25,642 nucleotides of DNA from a virus (taxonomy: Duplodnaviria; Caudoviricetes), in IMG/VR virus record IMGVR_UViG_3300005611_000175, positions 1 to 25,642 of that record. The stretch is one strand, 5' to 3'. Below are positions 15,135 through 22,644 of this stretch, in pieces; positions within the stretch are counted from its first letter, which is position 1, and every line of letters starts with the position of its first letter. The notes beneath the pieces were generated by a model, which was not told the DNA's origin, ran no database searches, and saw nothing but the letters and a program-made list of their open reading frames with translations. A program made the translations under genes and the position numbers.

Positions 15135-15362
15135 TCAATCCATGGTTCCGAAGCTGCTCAAACCATGCTCAAAAATATCGCAGTCAGGACCACGGCTAAG
15201 GACGCGAGAAGAAACACCAGCATCAGCTGGTCGGTCAGGGTTTGAAATCTGGACTTCAAGTTCTTCGACATGCTTCAGGATCTCGTTGACCCGCGCCATA
15301 ACATAAGGGTCGTGGTGCGTTTCTCGCAGCCGCACCAAGGCTGCTCTGATCTCATCGATCAT
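15135..15362 (-). CDS. Hypothetical protein (75 aa, MIDEIRAALV...)
   Basis: Start moved to ATG 15362 (GAGGA SD), overlapping the upstream stop. Confidence 0.55.
   Translation of the reverse strand: MIDEIRAALVRLRETHHDPYVMARVNEILKHVEELEVQISNPDRPADAGVSSRVLSRGPDCDIFEHGLSSFGTMD
15158..15271 (-). CDS. Small single-pass membrane protein (37 aa, MSKNLKSRFQTLTDQLMLVFLLASLAVVLTAIFLSMV)
   Basis: Translated by hand; basic N-terminus plus about 21 hydrophobic residues; nested in another frame of 15135..15362. Confidence 0.5.
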   Translation of the reverse strand: MSKNLKSRFQTLTDQLMLVFLLASLAVVLTAIFLSMV

Positions 15363-15534
15363 AGGATCCTCGCTGGATGTCGTGGATGGCTTTCTCAAGA
15401 TCGAACATGGAGCGAGCTGCTTGCTTGGCAGCTGCCTCGGTGGGGTAGAGCCCACTGCTGCTCCGGTTGAAGTTGACGCGCCAGAAGACGTGATCCCCCC
15501 GGCGCACCTCGATGATTGTGTATTGGCTTTCCAC
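15352..15534 (-). CDS. Hypothetical protein (60 aa)
   Basis: GTG start 1 nt after the upstream TGA. Confidence 0.6.
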   Translation of the reverse strand: MESQYTIIEVRRGDHVFWRVNFNRSSSGLYPTEAAAKQAARSMFDLEKAIHDIQRGSYDR

Positions 15535-15535
15535 C

Positions 15536-15703
15536 TCAGTTCCCGCTGCAGTCCGGTTCCCGGTTATCGTAATCGGGCCAGTGCCCAGCGCAAACCATTT
15601 CGTCGTAGTGCTCCGACATTTCGACGGCGTGCTGGTAACCGTCGTCCGCCAGGGCGACCATCCCGAAGATGATCGCCGCGAGAATCCACCAGATCTTCTC
15701 CAT
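15536..15703 (-). CDS. Small membrane-anchored/exported protein (55 aa, MEKIWWILAAIIFGMVALADD...YDEMVCAGHWPDY)
   Basis: Translated by hand; GGAG SD; N-terminal hydrophobic helix; two Cys. Confidence 0.7.
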   Translation of the reverse strand: MEKIWWILAAIIFGMVALADDGYQHAVEMSEHYDEMVCAGHWPDYDNREPDCSGN

Positions 15704-15705
15704 GG

Positions 15706-16029
15706 CTAGCTCTCCACCCGGTCATGGATCGCCACAGCCCCGTAGAACTTGTGGCCCAGGAGCTTGCTGCAGGCGTCTGAGAAGCCGTTGCCGCTGCAGG
15801 CTGCATAGTTGCCGCCGAACATGGTCCAGCGCTCCTCACCGTCAGGGACGATGGAGAGGATAGGATTGCCGCAAGGCGAGCGCACGATGAGCCGTGCAGC
15901 AGGGCAGTCCTCGCTGGGCTCAGCGCTGCCGGGAAGGTTCACAAGGCACAGCTCGGTTGCCTTGGAAGAGATGCCACCATTAGTGCAGTCGTACTTGCCG
16001 TGGCGGAAAACGCTAACTCTGAGTCCCAT
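15706..16029 (-). CDS. Conserved-looking phage hypothetical protein (107 aa)
   Basis: Start moved to ATG 16029 (GAGGAGG SD); DCTNGGISS...MFGGN...AVAIHDRVE motifs. Confidence 0.75.
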   Translation of the reverse strand: MGLRVSVFRHGKYDCTNGGISSKATELCLVNLPGSAEPSEDCPAARLIVRSPCGNPILSIVPDGEERWTMFGGNYAACSGNGFSDACSKLLGHKFYGAVAIHDRVES

Positions 16030-16031
16030 GA

Positions 16032-16652
16032 TTATGCCTCCTCGCAGAGGACGGCATCGCCGCCCCACTGGTCGCCGGTTCTGAAAATGTAGGGGCGATG
16101 CTTGCCGTGCTTGGCATAGGCGGGAGCAATCTCGTCCCGCTCCTCCAAGCCAAGGCCCTTGAGGATTCGGCTGTTGCTGCCGGTGGGAAGGAAGGGCTTG
16201 CCGCGCTTGGCGATGAGCGCCTTCTCGTCCTCGTGGAGGAGCCAGCAGGTTCCATACTGGGTGCTGATCTCCTTGGCCTTTACCCGGCGGTCGCCTTCGT
16301 AGAGGCCAATGAAGCTGCCCTGGTAGCCGTCCTTTGCAAGCCCAGCCCTGAGACGCTCAAGTTCGGCGTTCTGCTGGAGAGCCCACTGGGTCAGGAAGCC
16401 GTCGGTGTCGCAGCGCTGGAAGCTCTCCTCAGCGCGGTCGTGGTACCTCTGGGCTGCCGCCTTGTGCTGGTTGGACAGGATCTCTAGGACTTCAGGGGTG
16501 GCGTCTTCGGTGGGATAGGCCCCGTCCCGAACCTTGATCCACCTGGTTGAACCGTCCTCTTCCATGACGAGGGCATCTTCATACTCAGCCTTAATGACCA
16601 CTTGAATCGTGCGTCCGACGTACTGAGCTTGGCCATCAATCATCACTGTCAT
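16032..16652 (-). CDS. Hypothetical protein (206 aa), first gene after a boxed promoter
   Basis: GAGGAG SD; ESFQRCDTDGFLTQWA motif. Confidence 0.8.
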   Translation of the reverse strand: MTVMIDGQAQYVGRTIQVVIKAEYEDALVMEEDGSTRWIKVRDGAYPTEDATPEVLEILSNQHKAAAQRYHDRAEESFQRCDTDGFLTQWALQQNAELERLRAGLAKDGYQGSFIGLYEGDRRVKAKEISTQYGTCWLLHEDEKALIAKRGKPFLPTGSNSRILKGLGLEERDEIAPAYAKHGKHRPYIFRTGDQWGGDAVLCEEA

Positions 16653-16683
16653 TTTGCGATCTCCTCAATCAATCCGCACCTTC

Positions 16684-16711
16684 ATTATACTGATGCCGTG
16701 TCGAGATGCAA
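16684..16711 (-). promoter_or_regulatory. Sigma70-type promoter with CGACACGG box
   Basis: TTGCAT-CT-CGACACGG-CATCAG-TATAAT (16-nt spacer). Confidence 0.8.
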
Positions 16712-16730
16712 ACATTTGCACAGGAAAAAG

Positions 16731-16874
16731 CTACCGTTCGTCATCCTCTTTTTTCTTCTCTTCGAACTGCTTGAGCCGCTCCTGGGCGTCTGCTGCCCAG
16801 GCTGCGTTCTTGTCCCTCCGCCGTTGACGAGCCAGATAGCGGCTCGTCGGGAAGGGGGGTTTGCGGTAGGTCAT
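16731..16874 (-). CDS. Small highly charged protein (47 aa, MTYRKPPFPTSRY...)
   Basis: Translated by hand; ATGA overlap and GAGG SD. Confidence 0.6.
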   Translation of the reverse strand: MTYRKPPFPTSRYLARQRRRDKNAAWAADAQERLKQFEEKKKEDDER

Positions 16875-17158
16875 GCTGCCTCCTCTCGCGCAAGCTCAAT
16901 GCCCTTGATCATGGCTTGAATGTAATTGAGTGTTTCACGGGCTGTTCCACGGGGGGAGATGTCCGATTGTCCGCCCCCCTCGGTCACGATGCGTCCCAAG
17001 CGATAACCGCCGTAAGCAGAATCAAGAACAAACACCCCCACATTGGCGGTGAGGCCAGAGCCGATAGGCGTCAGCCACGCAGAGGTTGGCAAGCCCATTT
17101 CGTTGTTGAGGCGAGCAACCGCAAGGCGCAATGTTTTCTTGGTCACGCGAGGTTCCAT
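16871..17158 (-). CDS. Conserved-looking phage hypothetical protein (95 aa)
   Basis: AGGAG SD; G.F.LD.AYGGYRL.....EGGG motif. Confidence 0.75.
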   Translation of the reverse strand: MEPRVTKKTLRLAVARLNNEMGLPTSAWLTPIGSGLTANVGVFVLDSAYGGYRLGRIVTEGGGQSDISPRGTARETLNYIQAMIKGIELAREEAA

Positions 17159-17179
17159 TTTGGGTTTCTCCTGGGCGGC

Positions 17180-17656
17180 TTACGCCGCCTCCTCTTCGGG
17201 TTCCAGCTCTTCGATCATGAGGTGAGCCGCGTACTTCTTGACCGCGTCGCAGATCCAATAGGCGTCACTCTGGATCCACTCGGGGTTCTCGCAGGCTTGA
17301 TACTCGTAGCGCTCAACCAGTTCGTAGATCTTGGCGGGGCAGTAGAGCAAGGGCTTGGTGCAGCCCTCCGCCATCGGCACGTCACGGTTGCGAGCCATCT
17401 GCATGCAGGCGGCGACGTAGTCACAGGTGGGGCCAACCAGCATGCCGCCAGCCTCCCCATGGTTGGGGTAACGATACTCGACGCTTGTGATGTTCTGCAC
17501 CGCAAGGATCTTGGCGATCTCAGGCGCGTCGAACTCGTTGATCTCACGCTTAACCATGTTCACGATCCGACCACCAATCGAACGCCAGCCGACCTTGTGG
17601 GCCGCGATCTTGGCGATGGCGGCAATGTCGGTTTCATCAACAATGTATGCACTCAT
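17180..17656 (-). CDS. Conserved-looking phage hypothetical protein (158 aa, MSAYIVDETD...)
   Basis: Start moved to ATG 17656 (GAGGAG SD); N..SV.YRY and Y.YQACE...W..S.A motifs. Confidence 0.8.
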   Translation of the reverse strand: MSAYIVDETDIAAIAKIAAHKVGWRSIGGRIVNMVKREINEFDAPEIAKILAVQNITSVEYRYPNHGEAGGMLVGPTCDYVAACMQMARNRDVPMAEGCTKPLLYCPAKIYELVERYEYQACENPEWIQSDAYWICDAVKKYAAHLMIEELEPEEEAA

Positions 17657-17692
17657 TTCGTTCTCCTCATCGTGGCCCCGCGCCACACCATT

Positions 17693-17721
17693 AAGGTACC
17701 AAATCCCGTGTCGATGTGCAA
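17693..17721 (-). promoter_or_regulatory. Sigma70-type promoter with CGACACGG box
   Basis: TTGCAC-AT-CGACACGG-GATTTGG-TACCTT (17-nt spacer, extended -10). Confidence 0.8.
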
Positions 17722-17745
17722 GCATTTATACACCGCTCGTCGGCC

Positions 17746-17775
17746 AGAAAAGAGGCGGCGCTATGCCGCCCCTCT
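17746..17775 (-). terminator. Rho-independent terminator
   Basis: Minus strand GGCGGC-ATAGC-GCCGCC followed by TCTTTTCT; sits just upstream of the next promoter. Confidence 0.65.
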
Positions 17776-18072
17776 ATCTCGCTTGCCTTTGATTTCCAGC
17801 AACGCAGACTCAACCTCGGGCCACCAAGTACACATGATCTCGTCGTCCCAACGATTCTCGGGGTAAGGGTTGTGGACGTATACGCGCCAGAAGTTATCGT
17901 CTCGGCAAATGTCCAACTTGACGCCCAGCTCAGCAGCCAGCTTGCGCGATGCACGGCGGCTCTTGGCGTTGGTGTTGCGCTCTTGGCGCTTGCTTTCCTC
18001 GCGTGCTTTGCGAGCAGCTTCAGCTCTAAGACCCGTCGGGTCGCGCATCAGATCGTCGAACAGTCCCATCAC
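17761..18072 (-). CDS. Hypothetical protein (103 aa)
   Basis: GTGA overlap with the upstream gene; GAGG SD. Confidence 0.7.
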   Translation of the reverse strand: MMGLFDDLMRDPTGLRAEAARKAREESKRQERNTNAKSRRASRKLAAELGVKLDICRDDNFWRVYVHNPYPENRWDDEIMCTWWPEVESALLEIKGKRDRGAA

Positions 18073-18326
18073 GCATCCTCTCGCAAGTCCAGTTTCAAGG
18101 GGGCCTCTGGGAACTCATAACCGAACACGTCGATCAGCAGATCCCGGCAAGCCTCGCGGTCGACACTGTCGCCGCAGAACTCCCCTTCCCAGCCCTTGGC
18201 TTTGTAGAAGGCGGGAGCCATCACCGACGAAGCGGCGGCTTCAGCCACCTCCTTCGTCAGCGCTGGCTTCAGGGGGTAGAGGCCCTCGGGGCCGTAGAAG
18301 TCGAGCAGGTATTTCACGAAGTTCAT
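18069..18326 (-). CDS. Conserved-looking phage hypothetical protein (85 aa)
   Basis: F..Y...FYG..G.YP...F.GDS.DRE..RD motif; ATGA overlap. Confidence 0.75.
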   Translation of the reverse strand: MNFVKYLLDFYGPEGLYPLKPALTKEVAEAAASSVMAPAFYKAKGWEGEFCGDSVDREACRDLLIDVFGYEFPEAPLKLDLREDA

Positions 18327-18511
18327 TCCCAGCCCTCCATCTCATCAAGCAGCTCATCGAACTCTTCTATTTCGTCCTCAGTCGCCTCGGTGTACTGGCC
18401 GAGAGTCTCAAGCTCAAAGAGGAAGATCTTCATCTTGGGCGTCATCTCAAAGGTCGAGCCCTTGGCGATCTTGATCAGATCGGCGCGGCTCATCTTGGGA
18501 ATCGTCAGCAT
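18323..18511 (-). CDS. Small acidic protein (62 aa, MLTIPKMSRADL...)
   Basis: Start moved to ATG 18511 (GAGGAG SD); very acidic C-terminus EDEIEEFDELLDEMEGWE. Confidence 0.7.
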   Translation of the reverse strand: MLTIPKMSRADLIKIAKGSTFEMTPKMKIFLFELETLGQYTEATEDEIEEFDELLDEMEGWE

Positions 18512-18554
18512 TCTTGGTGTCTCCTCATGGCGTGGTCCCCGCGACCACATTCAT

Positions 18555-18627
18555 AAGGTACCACACTCCGTGTCGATGTGCAACCCTTTATAAAGTTGTT
18601 GACAACGACACGGCACTTCTTTAGTCT
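18555..18627. promoter_or_regulatory. Divergent promoter pair, each with a CGACACGG box
   Basis: Minus: TTGCAC-AT-CGACACGG-AGTGTGG-TACCTT (18583 to 18555). Plus: TTGACA-A-CGACACGG-CACTTCTT-TAGTCT (18599-18627). Both have 17-nt spacers. Confidence 0.8.
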
Positions 18628-18666
18628 TGGGGTTGTGGGGTTGTCCCACGGCGCGAGGAGAAAGAA

Positions 18667-18903
18667 ATGAGTGCTTACATCAAAGAAGAAAGCCTTGGTT
18701 TTTTTGATGACCCAGAGGCTTGCGCGGCTTGGCAGGTTGTGTCGGAGACGGCTTTTGGCGCTGAGTTCGCTAACTTTGACACGCTTGACGAAGCGGTCTC
18801 TTGGATGCAGAGCAACCCGCACGACGAGCATCTTGTGCAAGGGTTGGACGAAGACGGGTGCGTCATCACTAACGCTTACACGTTTGAGGACATTGTGGGC
18901 TAG
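18667..18903 (+). CDS. Acidic hypothetical protein (78 aa)
   Basis: Own promoter and GAGGAG SD. Confidence 0.75.
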   Translation: MSAYIKEESLGFFDDPEACAAWQVVSETAFGAEFANFDTLDEAVSWMQSNPHDEHLVQGLDEDGCVITNAYTFEDIVG

Positions 18904-19616
18904 GTTACGGCCCTAGCGAGATTGACCAACCTGCTCTTGTCGTAAAGCCAGAACACCAGCAGGTAGCGATCACCGCTCTGCACCGGCAAGCCCCGGTGCA
19001 GGTTGGTGAAGCTGGGGAAGATCAGTGCATGCCCGCTGGGCAGCGGGTTCAATCTCCCCCAGTTGTGGAACTCAGTGCCGCCCCCCTCATACTTACCAGT
19101 GTTGAGGGGCACGACCACGCTGATGTCTGCACTCTCATCGTGGTGCCACGCGCCCTGCTTCTTGTCCTTGAGGTTGTAGTTGGCGATCTGAACCGACGCG
19201 ATGTCGTGGCACTCACGCTGGAAGAGGCTGAAGAAGATTGGCTGCAGCACGGTCTGCACCACAAACCACATGCGCTCAAACAGCTCGGGCACATGCTCCT
19301 CCAGCACGATCTCGGGGATCTGGCGCAGCACGTCCTCATCTTCATTCGGGGTGAAGCCAATCTCCCGGCGCATCTGATCGATCTCCTCCACCATCATCTC
19401 GCACCACTGGCGGCGGAAGAGGGGAACGCGGTAGACGCTTGGGAAGACCTGCTTGCAGAGCCGGGAGACGGGGGTCTTGGGAAGATCCTCCCTCCCCATG
19501 CTGGCTCGGTAGCGGGTGATGAGGGGCACCGTTTCTTCAACGGCAGCATAGACGCTCTGGTTGATGAACCAGTGCGATTGCATGCTCAGCAGTGGGTTCT
19601 TGATAACGTATTTCAT
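18900..19616 (-). CDS. 2OG-Fe(II) oxygenase (prolyl/lysyl-hydroxylase-like)
   Basis: WHHD (HxD), ISVVVPLN...YEGGGTEF, GHALIFP...LHRGLPV.SGDRYLLVFW (distal His, 2OG-binding Arg). Confidence 0.92.
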   Translation of the reverse strand: MKYVIKNPLLSMQSHWFINQSVYAAVEETVPLITRYRASMGREDLPKTPVSRLCKQVFPSVYRVPLFRRQWCEMMVEEIDQMRREIGFTPNEDEDVLRQIPEIVLEEHVPELFERMWFVVQTVLQPIFFSLFQRECHDIASVQIANYNLKDKKQGAWHHDESADISVVVPLNTGKYEGGGTEFHNWGRLNPLPSGHALIFPSFTNLHRGLPVQSGDRYLLVFWLYDKSRLVNLARAVT

Positions 19617-19618
19617 GG

Positions 19619-19665
19619 TTGCACAGTTTTACACATATCTGTATATTTGGTCAAAGGATTTACAC
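19619..19665. promoter_or_regulatory. Overlapping divergent promoters with TTTACAC direct repeats
   Basis: Plus: TTGCAC(19619)-17-TATATT(19642). Minus: TTGACC(19654)-17-TAAAAC. TTTACAC at 19628-19634 and 19659-19665. Confidence 0.6.
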
Positions 19666-19679
19666 GCAATGAGGGAACC

Positions 19680-19847
19680 ATGGAGACCGAGAAGAATCCA
19701 GAGCGTCAGCGCAAATCCCTTGCCGTTGACCAAAAATGTTTTGAGATGCTGCAGGCAATCTGTCTGCAGGAGCGGCGTTCGAAGATCGACCAGCTGCGGA
19801 TCTTAGTCGAGCGAGAACATGCCAAACTCTTTGGGGGTGCTGCTTGA
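19680..19847 (+). CDS. Ribbon-helix-helix (Arc/CopG-like) DNA-binding protein (55 aa)
   Basis: ATG 19680 after GAGGG; RKSLAVD (beta strand) QKCFEMLQAICLQERRS KIDQLRILVE (two helices). Confidence 0.7.
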   Translation: METEKNPERQRKSLAVDQKCFEMLQAICLQERRSKIDQLRILVEREHAKLFGGAA

Positions 19848-20092
19848 GTTTGTTCAAGAAGGCAAAGGAAGACCGGGTGCTGCCTCAATCCTATCGCCCC
19901 CAGCTGGGAGCCAATGAAGTCATTGAGCTGTTCAGCCGCATGACGCTCCACCAGCAGGCTGCGCTGCTCAGGCTCATGAGTCGCAACCTTGTGGTTGAGA
20001 TCGATGGGGAAACCACCATGGGCTTTGAGCTGGACTACGAAGTCGACGGTGCTTTGATTCGCGTCAGCATGGCGGGACAAGAAGAGGACTAG
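19844..20092 (+). CDS. Hypothetical protein (82 aa)
   Basis: TTGA overlap with the RHH gene. Confidence 0.7.
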   Translation: MSLFKKAKEDRVLPQSYRPQLGANEVIELFSRMTLHQQAALLRLMSRNLVVEIDGETTMGFELDYEVDGALIRVSMAGQEED

Positions 20093-22644
20093 ATTAGTCC
20101 TGCAATCCCCCCGCCCCGAGTCCGCATCGCCAGCTCACGATCCTCTGCCCTCGGCAAGATCGTGGGAGACATGGCGAAATCCATCGCCCCCCCAGCCGCC
20201 GTCTCCGCCACAACTGGGAGCGGTTCAAATCCCAGTCCCTCAAAGGCGGGCGCTTCGATCTGCGGCAGCTGGATGTTATTCAGCTGAGCCAGCAGCTCTT
20301 CCCGATTCGGGAGCACTTCATCCGCAACCGTCGAGTCCGTCTTGCGGCGGAACTTCAGCTCATTGCCTTCTGGGAGCGCGCTGAGCGGCGGCTGAGACGC
20401 AGAGGTCTCATAAGGCATGGGTTCGATGGTGTCCTGCGTAAGGCCCTGGAGAACGGCTCTCACTTCGTCTCGGATGTCGGGGTTGACCTCAAAGACTTGG
20501 ATCAACCGGCGCACATGCTGGCCGAAAGAGTTGGGATCATATACTGCCGTCTCCACCCCTTCTCCCAGCCACTTCACAAAGTCCTTGTTGGTCATGAGCT
20601 TGGCTGCGGCGTAGGGACCAATCAGCCCGCCGAGACCGTACTCAAAGCCTTCAGAGCCTAGGAGTTTGCCGAAGCCAGCCTCTGCACCGAAGACGCCGAG
20701 GGTGCCCATGGCAGCAAGAGCGCGAGCAGTACCAGAAGGGTTGGCCATGTCTGCTGCAGCCTTACCCACTCGGTCAATGGTGAAGACCAGATCGTCCAGC
20801 GCTGGCACCAGATCCTGATACTCGGTGCCTGCGAAGAGCGCTTCCTTGGCTTCCTTGCTGAGGTTGTTCCAGTTGGTGATGAAACGCGCCGGGGAGAAGC
20901 CAGCATCTCTGATGGCGCGAGCCCCTTGCTCTGCTGCCGCTTCACCAATCTCTGCAACACCCTGGGCGCTTGCCGTGGGCAGACCCATGCGGCCCAGCAT
21001 AAAGCCGCTGAGCACGTTGAACTCTTCGGGCTTGAACTGGCGGCGCAGTGCTTCGATGGCATCGCCACCTTCTTTGGTTCCACGCAGAACCAAGCGCAGT
21101 GCACCCGTCGCCTGCTCTTCCCCGGCCTTGATCACCTTGTCGATGAAGGCGATGTCGCCACCCTTGCGGGCGTTATCGGCCACAAACTTGTTCGCGGCTT
21201 TATATCGTCGGAGCACCTCTTCGCCCAAGGTGGAACCCGATCTTCCGTCAAACAAATCCATTTGACGCGATCCAGCGCTTTCAACCAGATCATCAAGATC
21301 CTTGGTCACATAGCCGATCAGTTCCTTCACCTTCCGCTGCGGGCCATCCAGCGCGCCCTGGCTTTCAGCCCGGCGCACGGTGTGCATGAGGCTGGTGCGG
21401 AACTCCTTCAGCCGGTCATAGGTGAGCACGCCGTTGTTTGCGTCTCGCAGCACCTTCTCTGCCTGCTGCAGAGCCGGGTTCAGCTCAGGCTTGCCGGTGG
21501 CAGTCCTTGCTGCGGCGAGGTAGCGCTCAACAAACTCTTTGACTGCTGGCGCGTCAGAAACCAGATCGGAGGGAATCAGCTCACCGACCTTGTTGTACAT
21601 GGCTCGCACCTGATCGTCGTAGCGGGCGCGTGCTGCCTGCGCTGCGCTCATGGTGCGCTCCGCTGCTTCGCTGTAGGTGCGCGTGCCGCCGTATTTTTGG
21701 GCGAGGTTTTGAACTGCCTCGTCCAGCTGGATCAGGGTCTGCTGCGCATTCTCCCGCATGACGCGAGTGGAGGTTGGCGCATTTGCCAGGGCTTGCTCAA
21801 AGAGATTCGCCACCGGGCTGCCCGTCACCTGTCCAACCGTGGGATCGGTTACCCCTGCGCTGGTCATGCGCCGCAGCGTTTCCTTGGCAGGAGTGGAGAG
21901 GCTATTCGCCGCATAGCGGATCGGTGCCCCGGCCACAAACTTCACGCCCTTGGCCACTTTGCTGACGATGGGGCCAGCCGCTGCGTTGATCGCTGCCGTG
22001 CTTGCGAAGTCACCAAACTTCTCCAAACCAGTGCGGTTGTCCTCGACCTCTCCGAAGAACTTGATGATGTTGGTATAGGCTTCTCGCGCTGCAGCGCTGC
22101 CTAAGCCTTCGCCAGCTGCGGCGCCAGCAACTGCTCCAGGGACTGCCCCCAGGAAGGTAGGAGCACCGGCTGTTGCGCCAGCTGCACCACCAGCAATGCC
22201 GCCGAAGATTCCGCCAACGGTTTCAAAGATCTCAGGGCCTACGTCCGCGATGTCTCCCCGAGTGGGCACCGGGATCCCGAAGATGCGCAGATCCTCATCA
22301 AAGAGCGTGAGCTGCCCCGTCTCCGGATTGGTGAAGACGAAGTTCCCTCGACCGAACTTATCTGCCCCAAACTCCGGATCGAACACCTCGACCGGAACCG
22401 CATCAGGGAAAAAGTTCCGTAAAGTCATGAGCTTATCTTCAGGACGCATAGCAACCGCAACCTGCTCTCGGATCCGAGGCGGTGCGCCACTCTTCGTATC
22501 CACTTGGCTATTGAGCCGCTCCTGCGCGAGCTTCATCAGGAAGTCGTTGGAGAAGTTGTCCGGAACCTCATCATCCGCCATCGGCTTGGAAGCCATGCGG
22601 ATGAGGATGTCGTCGCTCAAAGTAGAGAGTGCGGAGTCGCTCAT
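20089..22644 (-). CDS. Large internal virion / DNA ejection protein (851 aa)
   Basis: Gly/Ala-rich hydrophobic segments, helical core, NPSGTA motif, C-terminal GGGIAGLI; last gene of a cluster resembling podoviral ejection genes. Confidence 0.7.
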   Translation of the reverse strand: MSDSALSTLSDDILIRMASKPMADDEVPDNFSNDFLMKLAQERLNSQVDTKSGAPPRIREQVAVAMRPEDKLMTLRNFFPDAVPVEVFDPEFGADKFGRGNFVFTNPETGQLTLFDEDLRIFGIPVPTRGDIADVGPEIFETVGGIFGGIAGGAAGATAGAPTFLGAVPGAVAGAAAGEGLGSAAAREAYTNIIKFFGEVEDNRTGLEKFGDFASTAAINAAAGPIVSKVAKGVKFVAGAPIRYAANSLSTPAKETLRRMTSAGVTDPTVGQVTGSPVANLFEQALANAPTSTRVMRENAQQTLIQLDEAVQNLAQKYGGTRTYSEAAERTMSAAQAARARYDDQVRAMYNKVGELIPSDLVSDAPAVKEFVERYLAAARTATGKPELNPALQQAEKVLRDANNGVLTYDRLKEFRTSLMHTVRRAESQGALDGPQRKVKELIGYVTKDLDDLVESAGSRQMDLFDGRSGSTLGEEVLRRYKAANKFVADNARKGGDIAFIDKVIKAGEEQATGALRLVLRGTKEGGDAIEALRRQFKPEEFNVLSGFMLGRMGLPTASAQGVAEIGEAAAEQGARAIRDAGFSPARFITNWNNLSKEAKEALFAGTEYQDLVPALDDLVFTIDRVGKAAADMANPSGTARALAAMGTLGVFGAEAGFGKLLGSEGFEYGLGGLIGPYAAAKLMTNKDFVKWLGEGVETAVYDPNSFGQHVRRLIQVFEVNPDIRDEVRAVLQGLTQDTIEPMPYETSASQPPLSALPEGNELKFRRKTDSTVADEVLPNREELLAQLNNIQLPQIEAPAFEGLGFEPLPVVAETAAGGAMDFAMSPTILPRAEDRELAMRTRGGGIAGLI

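Noticed and set aside
15098-15271. TGA read-through or alternative genetic code
   Set aside because: TGA, TAG and TAA all act as normal stops with tight gene overlaps across the window; a gene remnant explains this one case.
1005-15362. Similarity between the 47-aa ORF (1005..1148) and the N-terminus of 15135..15362
   Set aside because: About 7 identities in 31 residues of amphipathic helix; not distinguishable from chance by eye.
16826-16848. 8-bp hairpin GACGAGCC-AGATAGC-GGCTCGTC as a terminator
   Set aside because: Lies inside a small ORF and has no U-tract on either strand.
16684-18627. CRISPR-like array suggested by recurring CCGTGTCG repeats
   Set aside because: Spacing is irregular and up to about 1 kb, and each copy sits between -35 and -10 elements; these are promoters.
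281-19847. Many ORFs ending in EAA/EEA/EVA/GAA as a shared degron system
   Set aside because: Mostly explained by GAGG SD sequences for the next gene embedded in the last codons, a common phage feature; ClpXP targeting cannot be shown from sequence.
20926-22104. 392-aa plus-strand ORF and other long antisense ORFs (1062..2003, 10267..11211, 16916..17866, 24401..25285)
   Set aside because: Shadows of well-supported genes on the opposite strand in high-GC DNA; no motifs or convincing SD.
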